From assembly GCF_009914755.1 (NCBI RefSeq), contig NC_060944.1: a DNA stretch of 64,000 nt; one strand, given 5' to 3'. This DNA is from the human T2T-CHM13v2.0 reference genome, Homo sapiens. Positions 1 to 12,610 of the stretch are shown piece by piece (position 1 is the stretch's first letter; each line of letters begins with the position of its first letter). Below the pieces are notes generated by a model. The model saw only the letters and a program-made list of their open reading frames with translations, was not told where the DNA came from and did no database searches. Both the position numbers and the translations under genes were made by a program.

Positions 1-1461
1 TTTCACCATAGTACTCAAACTGCTCCAAATATCCATTTGCAGATTCTACAAAAAGTGTGTTTCCAAACTGCTCAATCAAAAGAAAGGTTCTACTCTGTGA
101 GATGAAAGCACATATCACAAAGATGTTTCTCAGAAATCTTCTGACTAGTTTTTATGTGAAGATATTTCCTATTTCACCATAGGCCTCAATGGGCTCACAA
201 ATATCCCTTTGCAGATTCTACAAAAGGACTGTTTTGAAGCTGCTCAATCAGAAGAAAGGTTAAACTCTGTGAGATGAATGCATACATCACAAAGAAGTTT
301 CTTAGAATGCTTCTGTCTAGTTTTCAGGTGAAGATATTTCTTTTTTCACCATAGGCCTCAAAGCGCTCCAAATATCCATATCCATATTCTACAAAAATGC
401 TGTTCCCAAACTCCTCAATCAAAAGAGAGGTTCAACTCTGTGTGATGAAAGCACACTTCATGAAGAAGTTTCTCAGAATGCCTCTGTCTAGTTTTTATGT
501 GAAGATATTTCCTATTTCACCTTAGGCCATAAAGGGCTCACAAATATCCCTCTGCAGATTCTAGAAAAGAACTCTTTTCAAACTGCTAAATAAAAAGAAA
601 AGTTCAACTCTGTGAGATGAATGCACACATCGCAAAGAAGTTTCTCTGAAAGCTTCTGTCCACTTTTTATGTGAAGATATTTCCCTTTTCACCATACCTA
701 TCAAAGCGCTCAAAATATCCCTTTGCAAATTCTCTGAAAAGACTGTTTCCAAACTTCTCAATCAAAAGAATGGTTCAACTTTGTGAGATGAATGCACATA
801 TCACAAAGAAGTTTCTCTGAAACCTTCTGTGTAGTTTTTATGTGAAGATATTTCCTTTTTCACCATAGGCCTCAAGCCACTCGCAAATATCCCTTTGCAG
901 ATTTTGCAAGAACAGAGTTTCCAGACTCATCAAAGAATAGAAACTTTTTTCTCTCTGAGATGAGTGCACACCTTGCAAAACAGCTTCTCAGAAACATTCT
1001 TTATAGTTTTTATTGAAGATATTTCCTTTTTCACCATAGGCCTCATAGAGCTGAAAAATATCCCTTTGCAGATTCTACAAAAAGTCTTTTTAAAAACTGC
1101 TCAATCAAAAGAATGGTTCAACTCTGTGAGATGAATGCACACATCACAAAGAGGTTTCTCAGAAATCTGTCTAGTGTTTATGTAAAGATATTTCCTTTCT
1201 CACCATAGGCCTCAAAGTGCTCATAAATATCCCTTTGCAGATTCTACAAATTGACAGTTTTCAAACTGTTCAGTCAAAAGACTGTTTCAACTATGTGAGA
1301 TGAATGCACACATGACAGGGAGGTTTCTCAGAGAACTTCTGTCTATTTATTATGTGAAGGTATTTCCTTTTTCACCAAAGGCCTCAAAGCGCTCACAAAT
1401 ATCTCCTTGCAGATTCTACAAGAACAGAGTATCCAAACTGATTAATCAAAAGAATGCTTCA
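1..1461 (-). repeat. Divergent monomeric alpha satellite (~171-bp units), reverse orientation
   Basis: The motifs TATGTGAAGATATTTCC..CACCATAGGCCTCAAAG and TTCAACTCTGTGAGATGAATGCACACATCACAAAGAAGTTTCTCAGAA recur every ~171 bp and are the reverse complement of the alphoid consensus. A block-specific variant CACAAATATCCCTTTGCAG is common. No higher-order period was seen. Confidence 0.97.
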
Positions 1462-2604
1462 CATAAAATCTCTAGAAGAAAACCTAGGCAAGACCATTCA
1501 GGACATAGGCATGGGCAAGGACTTCATGTCTAAAACACCTAAAGCAATGGCAACAAAAGCCACAATTGACAAATGGGATCTAATTAAACTAAGGAGCTTC
1601 TGCACAGCAAAAGAAACCACCATCAGAGTGAACAGGAATCTTACAGAATGGGAGAATATTTTTGCAACCTACTCATCTGACAAAGGGCTAATATCAGGAA
1701 TCTACAATGAACTCAGACTAATTTACAGGAAAAAAACAAACCCATCAAAAAGTGTGTGAAGTATATGAGCAGACATTTCTCAAAAAAAGACATTTATGCA
1801 GCCAATGAACAAATGAAAAAATGCTCATCTTCACTGGCCATCAGAGAAATGCAAGTCAAAACCACAATGAGATACCATTTCACACCAGTTAGAATGGTGA
1901 TCATTAAAAAGTCAGGAAACAACAGGTGCTGGAGAGGATGTGAGAAATAGGAACACTTTTGCACTGTCAGTTGGAGTGTAAACTAGTTCAACCATTGTGG
2001 AAGTTGGTATGGTGATTCCTCAGGGATCTAGAACTAGAAATACCATTTGACCTAGCCATCCCATTACTGGGTATATACCCAAAGGATTATAAATCATGCT
2101 GCTATAAAGACACATGCACACATATGTTTATAGCGGCACTATTCACAATAGCAAAGACTTGGAACCAATGTAAATGTCCAACAACGAAAGACTGAATGAA
2201 TAAAACGTGGCACATATCCATCATGGAACACTATGCGGCCATAAAAAATGATGAGTTCATGTCCTTTGTAGGGACATGGATGAAGCTGGAAACCATCATT
2301 CTCAGCGAACTATCGCAAGGACAAAAAAATAAAACACCACATGATCTCACTCATAGCTGGGAATTGATCAAAGAGAACACATGGACACAGAAAGAGAACC
2401 ATCACACACCACAAACCAGGGAGTGTAGTCCAGTGTGGGGAGGGGGAGGGATAGCCTTAGGAGATACACCTAATGCACACAAACATGACACATGAATACA
2501 TATGTAACAAACCTACACGTTGTACACATGTTCCCTAAAACATAAAGTATAATAATAATAAAAGTAAATAAATAAATAATTAAACTAAGAGCTCCAAAAA
2601 AAAT
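1462..2604 (+). mobile_element. 5'-truncated LINE-1 (L1PA, roughly PA4-like): end of ORF2, 3' UTR and A-rich tail
   Basis: ORFs 1454-1759 and 1756-1950 encode L1 ORF2p C-terminal peptides ([28 protein letters not shown]; [12 protein letters not shown]). A G-rich 3' UTR tract lies at ~2436-2450 and an A-rich tail at 2550-2604. Target-site duplication (TSD) AAGAATG(C/G)TTCA at 1450-1461 and 2605-2616. The subfamily is an estimate from remembered diagnostics. Confidence 0.95.
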
Positions 2605-3375
2605 AAGAATGGTTCAACTCTATGAGATGAATGCACACATCACAAATAAGTTTCTCAGAAAGTTTCTGTCTACATTTTATATGAAGATATTTCCCTTTTC
2701 ACCATAGGAGTCAAAGCACTCACAAATATCCCTTTGCAGATTCTACAAGAAAAGAGTTTCCCATCTGCTCAATGAAAAGAAATGTTTACCTCTGTGAGAT
2801 GAATGCACACATTACAAAGCAGTTTCTCAGAAACCTTCTGTCTAGTTTTTATGTGAAGATATTTACTTTTTCCTCATAGGCCTCAAAGTGCTCACAAATA
2901 TCCTCTGTTGATTCTACAAAAAGACTGTTTCCAAACTGCTCAATCAATAGAATGGTTCAAATGATTCAGATGAGTGCACACATAACACAGAAGTGTCCCA
3001 GAAAGCTTCCGTCTAGTTTTCATGTGAAGATATTTCCTTTTCCACCATTGGCCCCCAAGTGTTCACAAATAATCCTTTGCAGATTCTACAAAAAGATGGT
3101 TTCCAATACACTCAATCAATAGAAAGGTTCAATTCTGTGAGATGAATTCACACATCAAAAAACAGTTCCTCAGAAAACTTCTTTCTAGTTTTTCTGTGAA
3201 GATATTTCCTTTTTCACCATAGGCTTCAAAGCGCTCACAAATATCCTTTTGCAGATTCTACAAAAAGACTGTGACCAAAATGCTCAATCAATAGAATGGT
3301 TCAACTCTGTGAGATGAATGCACACATCACAAAAAAGTTTCTCAGAAAGATTCTGTTTAGTTTTCATGTGAAGAT
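2605..3375 (-). repeat. Monomeric alpha satellite, continuation after the L1
   Basis: The monomer register resumes at the right TSD and ends abruptly at CATGTGAAGAT (3365-3375). Confidence 0.96.
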
Positions 3376-6300
3376 TGGAGTGCAGTGGAATGGAATGGAA
3401 TCGAATGGGATGGAATGGAAGGAAATGGAATGGAGTGAAGTGGAATGGAATGGAACGGAATGGAGTGGAGTGGAGTGATGTGGATTGGACTAGAGTGGAG
3501 TGGAGAGGAATGGAATGGAGTAGAATGGAAAGGAGTGGAGTGGAATGGAATGGAGTGGAGTGGAGTGGAATAGAGTGGAGTGGAATGGAATGGAGTGGAA
3601 TAGAATGGAGTGGAATAGAATGGAGTGGAGTGGAATGGATTGGAGTGGAGTGAAGTGGAGTGGATTGGAGTGGAGTGGAGATGAAAGGAGTGGAATGGTA
3701 TGGAATGGAATTGAATGGAATGGAGTGGAATGGAATGGAGTGGAGTGGAGAAGAGTGGAATGGAGTGGAATGTAGTGGAATGGAGTGGAGTGCAGTGGAG
3801 TTGAGTATAGTGGATTGGAATGCAGTGGAATGTAATGGAATGGAATGGAGTGGAATGGAGTGGATTGGAGTGGAGTGGAGAGGAATGGAGTGGAATGGCA
3901 TGGAGTGGAGTGGAATGGAATGGAACGGAATGGAATGGAAGGGAAAGGAACGGAATGAAACAGAACGGAACGGAAAGAAGTACAGTGGAGTGGAGTTGAG
4001 TGGAGAGGATCAGAGTGGAGTGGAATGGAATGGAATGGAACGGAATGGAATGGAATGGAATGGAGTAGAGTGGAATGGAGTGGACTGGAGGGGAGGGGAG
4101 TGGAATGGAGTGGAATGGAATGGAATGAAATGGAATGGAATGGAATTGAGTGGAGTGGAATGGAATGGAGTGGAAAGGAGTGGAGTGGAATGGAATGGAG
4201 TGGAGTGGAATGGAATGGAATGGAATGGAGTGGAATAGAATGGATTGGAATGGAATGGAAGGGCATGGAGTGGACTGGAGAGGAGTGGAGTGGAGTGGAT
4301 TGGAGTGAGGTGGAAAGCAATGGAGTAGAATGGAATGGAGTGGAGTGGAGTTGAATGGAGTGGATTGGAGTGCAGTGTAATAGAATGGAATGGAGTGGAG
4401 TGGAGAGGAATTTAATGGAATGGAGTGGATGGAATGGTGTGGATTGGAAAAGAATGGAATGGAACAGAAAGGAAAGGAATGGAATGGAATGGAATGGAAT
4501 GGAGTGGAGAGGAGTGCAGTGGAGTTGAGTCAATTGGATATGAGTGCAGTGGAATGGAATTGAATGGAATGGAATGGAGTGGAGTGGAGTGGAATGGAAT
4601 GGAATGGAGTGGAGTGGAGTGGAATGGAATGGAATGGAGTGGAGTGGAGTGGAGTGGAGTGGAATGGAATGGAATGGAATGGAGTTGAATGGATTGGAAT
4701 GCAATGGAATGGTGAAATGAAATGTAAGCTAAGATTGTGCCACTGCACTCCAGTCTGGGTGACAGAGTGAGATCCGTTTGAAATAAAGGAATGGAATGGA
4801 ATGTAGTAGAATGGAATGGAATGGAGTGGAATGGAGTGGAGTGCAGTGGAGTGGAGTGGAATGGAGGGGAATGGAATGCAGTGGAGTGGAATGGAATGGA
4901 ATGCAATGCAATGGAATGGAACAGAATGGAATGGAACGGAATGAAATGAAGTGGAATGGAGTGGAGTACAGTTGAGTGGAGTGAATCGGAGTGGAGTGGA
5001 ATGGAATGGAATGGAATGGCAAGGAATAGAGTGGAGTGGAATGGAATGGATTGGAGTGGAGTGGAATGGAAAGGAATGGAATGGAAAGCAATAGAATGGA
5101 ATGGAATGGTGAAATGTAATGTGAGCTAAGATTGTGCCACTGTACTACAGTCTGGGTGACAGAGTGACATCCAGTAGAAATAAAGGAATGGAAAGGAATA
5201 GAGTAGAGTGGAATGGAATGGAGTGGAGTGGAATGGAAAGGAGTGCAATGGAACGGAATGGTACAAAACGGAATGCAATGGAATGCAATGGAGTGTAGTG
5301 TAGTATAGTGGAGTTGAGAGGAGTGGATCGGAGTGCAGGGGAATGGAATGGAATGGAGTGGCATGGAATGGAATGGAAAGGAATGGAATGGAATGGAATC
5401 GAATGGAGTCTAGTGGTGTGGAGTGGAGTGGAGTCGAATGGAGTAGAATTGAGTGGAGTGGAATGGAGGGGAATGGAATGGAATGGAATTCAATGGAACG
5501 GAAGGGAATGGAGTGGAGCGGAGAGGAGTGGACTGGAGTTGAGTGGAGAGGATTGGAGTGCAATGGAATGGAGTGGAATGGAATGGAATGGAGTGGAATG
5601 GAATGGAATGAACTGGAATGGAATGGAATAGAATGGGATGGAATGAACTGGAATGGAAGATAATACAGTGGAGTGGAGGAGAATGGAGTGTAGTGGAATG
5701 GAGCGTAGTGGAATGGAGTGGAAGGGAAAGGAATGGAATTGAGTGGAATGGAACGGAAGGAAGTTGAATGGAATGGAAAGGAATGGAGTGGAATGGAGTG
5801 GAATAGAGTGAAATGGAGTGGAATGGAATGGAGTGTAGAGGAAAGAAATGGAGTGGAATGGAAAGGAATGATACAGAATGGAATGGAACGAAGTGGAGTG
5901 GAGTGGAGTGGAGTTGAGTGCAATGGATCAGAGTGCAGTGGAATTCAATGGAATGGAATGGAATGGAGTGGAGTGGATTGGAGTGGAGTTGAGTGGAGTA
6001 GAGTGGAATGGAGTGGAGAGGAATGGAGAGAAATGGAGTGAAATGGAAAGGAGTAGAGTGGAATGGAGTGGAATGGAACGGAATTGAATGGAATGGAATG
6101 GAAGGGAATGGAATGGAGTAGAGTGGAGTGGATTGGAGTTGGGTGGAGTGGATCGGAGTGCAGTGGAATGGAATGGAATTGAATGGAATGGAGTGGAGTG
6201 GAATAAATTGGAATGGAATGGAATGGAATGGAGTGGAGTGGAGTGGAGTAGATTGAAGTGGAGTGGAGTGGAAAGGAAGGGAGTGGTGTGGAATGGAATG

Positions 6301-9300
6301 AAATAGAGTGTAATGGAATGGAATGGAGTGGAGTGGAATTGAGTGGAATGGAATGGAATGGAATGGAATGGAGAGAAGTGGAATGAAATGGAGTGGAGTG
6401 GAATGGAAAGGAGTGAAGTGGAATGGAATGGAGTGGAGTGGAATGGAGTTGAGTGGAGTGGAGTGGATCGGAGTGCAGTGGAAAGGAATGGAATGGAATG
6501 GAATGGAATAGAATGGAATATAATGCAGTGGAGTGGAGTGGACTGGAATGGAGTGGAGTGGAGTGTAATGGAATGGAGTGGAATGGAATGGAGTGGAGTG
6601 AAGTGGAGTGGAGTGGAATGAAGTGGATCAGTGTGCAGTGGAATGGAATGGAATGGAGTGGAGTGTAGTTGAGTGGAGTGGAATGGAATGGAATGGAACG
6701 TAATGGAATGGAATAGAACAGAATGGAAAGGAACGGAATGGAACAGAGTGGAGTGGAGTGAAGTTGAGAGGAGTGGATCGGAGTGCAGTGAACTGGAATA
6801 GAATGGAAGGGAATGGAGTGGAGTGGAATGGAATTAAATGGAATGAAGTGTATTGGAGAGGAGTGGAGTTTAGTGGAGTGCAGAGGAATGGAATGGAGTG
6901 GAGTGGAAAGGAAGGGAGTGTAGTGGAGTGGATCACAGGCGAGTGGAGTGGAGTGGAATGGAATAAAATGGAGTGGAGTGGAGTGGAGTGGAATGGAATG
7001 GAATGGAATGGTGAAATGAAATGTGAGCTAAGATTGTGCCACTGCACTCCAGTATGGGTGACAGAGTGAGATCCAGTCGAAAATAAGGAATGGAATGGAA
7101 TGGAGTAAAATGGATTGGAATGAAGTGGAGTGGAATGGAATGGGCTTCAATGGAGTGGATTGGAGTGGAATGGAGTGGAGTGGAATGGAGTGGAGTGGAG
7201 TGGAATGGTGTGGTGTGGAATGGAATGGTATGGAATGGAATGAAGGGGAATGGAGTGGAGTGGAGTGTAATGGAGTTTATTGGAATGGAGTGCAGTGCAA
7301 TGGAATGGAATGGAATGGATTAGAATGGAATAGAATGGAATGGAGTGGAATGGATTGGAGTGGAATGGAGTGGACTGGAATGGAACGGAATGGGACAGAA
7401 GGGAACAGAACGGAATGGAGCAGAGTTTAGTGGAGAGTAGTGGAATTGAGTGGGGTGGATTGGAGTGCAGTGGAATGGAATGGAATGAAATGGAATTGAA
7501 TGGAATGGAATGAAGTGGAGAGGAGTGGAGTGGAGTTGAGTGGAGTGGATCGCACTGCAGTGGAATGGAAAGGAATGAAATGTAAAGCAGTGGAGTGGAC
7601 TGGAGTTGAGTGGAGTGGAAGGGATTGGACTGGAATGGATGGGAGTGGAATGGAGTGGAGGGGAGTGGAGGGGAATGGAGTGGAATGGAGTGGAATGCAA
7701 TGGATAGGAGTGGAATGGAATGGAACAGAATGGAATGGAAGGGAAAGGAATAGAATGGAACGGATGGAGTGGAGTGGAATGGAGTGGAATGGAGTTGAGT
7801 GGAGTGGAATGGAGTGCAGGGGAATGGAATGGAATGGAATGGAATGGAGTGGAGTAGAATGGAATGGAATGGAATGGAGTTGAGTGTAGTGTAGTGGAAC
7901 GGAGTGTAATAAAGTGAAATGGAGTGGCATGGTGAGGAGTGCAGTGGAATGGAATGGAGTGGAATGCAACAAACCCAAACGGAACGGAACAAAACGAAAT
8001 GGAATGGAGTGGAGTGGAGTGCAGTGGAGTTTAGTGGAGTGGAGTGGACTGGAGAGGAGTGGAGTGGAGTGCAGTGGAGTGGATTGGAATGGAGTGGAAT
8101 GGAGTAGAGTGGAATGGAATGGAATGGAATGCAATGCAAAGGAATGTAGCAGAATGGAATGGAACAGAATGGAAAGGAGTGGAGTTGAGTGGAGTGGCGT
8201 GAAATAGAATGGAATGGAATGGAATGGAATGAAATGAAATGGAATGGAATGGTGAAATGAAATGTGAACCAAGAACGTGTCATTGCACTCCTGTCAGGGT
8301 GACAGAGTGACATCCAGTTGAAATAAAGGAATGGAATGGAACGGATTAGAATGGAATGGAATGGAGTGGACTGGAATGGAACGGAGTGGAATGGAGTGGA
8401 GTGGAATGGAGTGGGATGGAGTGGAATGGAATGGAATGGAGTGGAATGGAGTGGAGTGGAATGGAATGGAATGGAGAGGAACAGAATGGAGTGGAATGGA
8501 GTGGAAAGGAGTGGAGTGGAACGGAATGGAATGGAGTGGAATGGAAGAGAACGGAATGAAACAGAACAGAATGAAACGGAATGGAGTGGAACAGAGTTGA
8601 GTGGAGTGTATAGGACTGCAGTGGAATGGGATGGAATGGAATGGAGTGGAGAGGAGTGGAGTGGACTGGAGTGGAGTGGAGTGGAGTGGAATGGATTGGA
8701 GAGGAGTGGAGTGGAATATAGAGGAAAGAAATGGAGTGGAGTGCAATGGAATGGAATGGAAAGGAGCAGAATGGAAAGTTAAGGAGTGGCATGGAATGGA
8801 GTGGAGTGGAGTTGAGTGGAGTGGATCGGATTGCCGTGAAATGGAGTGGAATGGAATGGAATGGAATGGAATGGAATGGAATGGAATGGAATGGAAAGTT
8901 ATGGAGTGTAGTGGAATGGAGTGGAGTAGAGTGGAGTGGAGTAGAATGGAGTGCAGTGGAGTGGAATGGAATTGAGTGGAGTACAGTGGAGTGGAATGGA
9001 ATGGATTGGAATGGAACGGAATGGAACAGAATGGAACAGAACGGAATGGAAGGGAGTGAAGAGGAGTGGAGTGGAATTGAGTTAAGTGGAGTGGATCGGA
9101 CTGCAGAGGAATGGAAAGGAATGGAAGGGAATGGAGCGGAGTGCAGTGGATTGGAGTTCAGTGGAGTGGAGTGGGATGGAGTGCATTGCAGTGGAGTGGA
9201 GTGGAGTGGAATGGAGTGGAATGGAGTGGAATGTAATGGAGTGGATTGGAAATGAATGAAATGGAATGGAATGCAATGAAGTTCAACGGAGTGGAATGGA

Positions 9301-12300
9301 ATGGAACGGAATGGAGTGGAGTTGAGTGCTATGGAGTGGAGTGGAGTGGAGTGGAATAGAATGGAGTGGAATGGAATGGAATGGAATGGAACGGAATGGA
9401 ATGGAACAGAGTGGAGTGTAGTGTAGTGGAATGGAGTTCTGTGGAGTGGATGGTAGTGCAGTGGAAAGGAATGGAATGGAGTGGAGTGGAGCGGAGTGGA
9501 GTGGAGTGAAGTTGAGTGGAATGGAGTGGAATGGAAAGGAGTGGAGTGGAATGGAATGGAGTGTAATGGAGTGGAGTGCAGTGGAATGGATGGAGTGGAA
9601 TGGAGTGGAGTGGAATGGAGTGGAATGGAGTGAAATGGAATGGAGTTTATTGGAGTGGAGTGGAGAGGAGTGGAATGGAGTAAAATGGAGTGGAGTGGAG
9701 TGGAGTGGAATGGAATGGAGTGGAATGGAATGGAACAAAACGTAACAGAATGGAATGGAATGGAACGGACTGGAGTGGAGTGGACTGGAGTGAAGTGGAG
9801 TAGAATAGAGTATAGTGGAGTGGAGTGGAATGGACTGGAGTGGAATGGAGTGGTACAGAGTGGAATGGAATGGAACGGAATGCAATGCAATGGAAAAGAA
9901 TGGAATGGAATGGAATGGAATGGAGTTGAGTGGAGTGGAGTGGAGTTGAGTGGAGTGGATTGGAGTTGAGTGTAGTGGAGTGGAATGAAATGGAATGGAA
10001 TGGAATGGAATGGAAAGGAATGGTAAAATGAAATTTGAGCTAAGATTGTGCCACTGCACTCCTGTCTGGGTGAGAGAGTGAAACCCAGTCAAAATAAAGA
10101 AATGGAATGGAATGGAGTAGAATGGAATGGAATGGCATGGAGTGGAATGGAATGGAGTGGAATCGAGTGTAGTGGAGTGGAATGGAGTGGAGTTGAGTGG
10201 AATAGACATGAATGGAATGGAACGGAATGGCAAGGAATTGAGTGGAATGGAGTGGAGTGTAATCGAGTAGAATGAAATGGAATGGAATGGAATGGAGTGG
10301 AGTGGAGTCGAGTGGAATGGAATGGAGTGGAATAAAGTGGAATGAAATGGAATGGAATGGAGTGCAATGGAATGGAATGGAGTTGAATGGAATGGAATTG
10401 AATGTAGTGGAATGGAATGGATTGGAGTGGAATGGAATGGAGAGGAGTGGAGTGGAGTGGAATGGAGTGAAATGAAGTGGAATGTAATGGAGTGTAATGG
10501 AGTGGAGTTCAATGGAATGAAAAGGAATGGAATGGAATGGAATGGTGTGTAATAGAATGGAATGGAATGGAGTGGAGTGGAATGGAGTGAAGTGGAGTGG
10601 ACTGAAGTGGAGTGGAGTGGAAGGGAACGGAGGGGAATGGAATGGGATGGAGTTGAATGAACTGGAGTGGAGTGGAGTGAAATGGAATGGGATGGAGTGG
10701 AGTGGGGTGGAGTGGAGTGGAGTGGAATGGAATGGAATGGAATTGAAGGAATGGAATGGAATGGAATGGAATGGAATGGAATGGAATGCAATGGAATGGA
10801 ATGGTGAAATGAAAAGTGAGCTGAGATTGTGCCACTGCACAGCAGCCTGGGTGACAGAGAGAGATAATGTCAAAAGAAAGGTAAGGAATGGAATGGAGTG
10901 GAATGGAATGGAATGGAACGGAATGGAGTGGAAAGAAATGGAATGGAATGGAACGTAGTGTAGTGTAGTGTAGTGTAGTGGAGTGGAGTGCAGTGGAGTG
11001 GAATGGAGTGTAATGAAATGGGATATAATCTAATAGAATGGAGTGGAGTGGAGTGGACTGGAATGGTGTGGAATGAGATGGGATGCAATGGAGTGGAGTG
11101 GAGTGGAGTGGAATGAAAGGAATGTAGTGGAGTGGAGTGGAGTGGAATGGAAGGAAATGGAGTAGAATGGAATGGAATGGAATGGTGAAATGAAATGTGA
11201 GCTGAGATTGTGCCACTGCACTCCAGCCTGTTTGACAGTGAGATCCTGTCGAAAGAAAGGTATGGAATAAAATGGAATGGAATGAAATGGAATGGAGTGG
11301 ATTGGAGTAGAGTTTAGTGGAATGCTGTGGAATGGAATGGGACGGAATGGAATGGAATGGAATGTCTTGGAGTAGAGTGGATTGGATTGGAGTGGAGTGG
11401 AATGGAGTGGAATAAATAGAATGGGATTCAATGGAATGGAGTGGAATGGAGTAGAGTGGACTGGAATGGAGTGGAATGGAATGTAACAGAATGGAATGGA
11501 ATGGAATGGAATGGAATGGAAAGGATTGGAGTGGAATGGAATGGAATGGAATGGAATGGTGAAATGAAATGTGAGCTGAGATACTGCTGCTGCACTCCAG
11601 CCTGGGTGACACAGTGAGATCCTGTCGAAAGAAAGGAATGGAATGAAATGGAATGGAATAGAGTGGAGTGGAGTGGAGTGGAGAGGAATGGAGTGGAATG
11701 TAATGGGATGGTTTGGAATGGAGTGGAGTGGATTGGAGGGGTTTATAGTGGAATGGAGTGGATGGAATGGAATGGAGTTGAGTGGAGTGAAGTGGAGTGG
11801 AGTGCAGTGGAATGTTATGGAATGGAATGGAATGGAATGCAATGGAATGCTGAAGTGAAATATCAGCTGAGATTGCTCCACTGCACTCCAGCCTGGGTGA
11901 CAGAGTGAGATCCTGTCGAAAGAAAGGAGTGGAATGGAATGGAGTGGTGTGGTATGGAATGGAATGGAAGGGAGTGTAGTTTAGTCTACTGTACTGGAGT
12001 GGAGTGGAGTGGAGTTGAATGCAATGGGATGGAATGGAAGGGAGTGGAGTGGAGTGGAATGAAGTGTACTGGAATGGAGTGGGATTGATTGGAATGGAGT
12101 GGAGTGTAGTGAAATGGAATGGAATGGAGTGGAACGGATTGGAATGGAATGTTGAAATGTAATGTGAGCTGAGATTGTGCCAATTCACTCCAGGCTTGTT
12201 GACAGGGTGAGATACTGTCAAATGAAAGGAGTGGAATGGAGTGGAGTTGAATGCAATAGGACGGAATAGAATGGAGTGAAGTGGAGTGGAGTGAAGTGGA

Positions 12301-12610
12301 TTGGAGTGGAGTGGAATGGAGAGAACTGGAATCTGATGGAATGGAATGGAGTGGAGTGAAGTGGAGTGGAGTGGAATGGAATAGAATGGAAGGGAATGGA
12401 ATGCAATGGAATGAAATGGAATGGGGAAATGAAATGTGAGCTGAGATTGTGCCACTGCACTGCAGCCTGGGTAACAGAGTTAGATCCTGTCAAAATAAAT
12501 GAATGGAATGGAACGGAATGGAATGGAGTGGGATGGAGTGCAGTGGGGTGGAGTGGAGTGGTATGGAGTGGAATGGAATGGGACAGAATGGAATGCATTG
12601 GAGTGGATTG
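3376..12610 (+). repeat. HSat3-like pentamer satellite (mixed GGAAT/GGAGT, purine-rich + strand)
   Basis: About 9.2 kb of 5-bp periodic GGAAT, GGAGT and variants (GGATT, GCAGT, TGAGT, GGAAC). It explains all the MEWNG/HSIPF ORFs. Confidence 0.95.
4711..12500 (+). repeat. 11 dispersed copies of a ~78-bp cassette containing an Alu right-arm 3'-end fragment
   Basis: GGTGAAATGAAATGTGAGCT(A/G)AGATTGTGCCACTGCACTCCAG(T/C)CTGGGTGACAGAGTGAGATCC.GTC.AAA.AAAG starts at ~4711, 5108, 7010, 8251, 10022, 10803, 11184, 11558, 11849, 12151 and 12423. It matches the Alu end GTGAGCCGAGATCGCGCCACTGCACTCCAGCCTGGGCGACAGAGCGAGA with CpG decay. Confidence 0.93.

Noticed and set aside
4711-12500. CRISPR-like pattern of a conserved repeat with variable spacers
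   Set aside because: The repeats are Alu-derived, the spacers are 0.2-1.8 kb of satellite, there are no cas genes and the context is primate.
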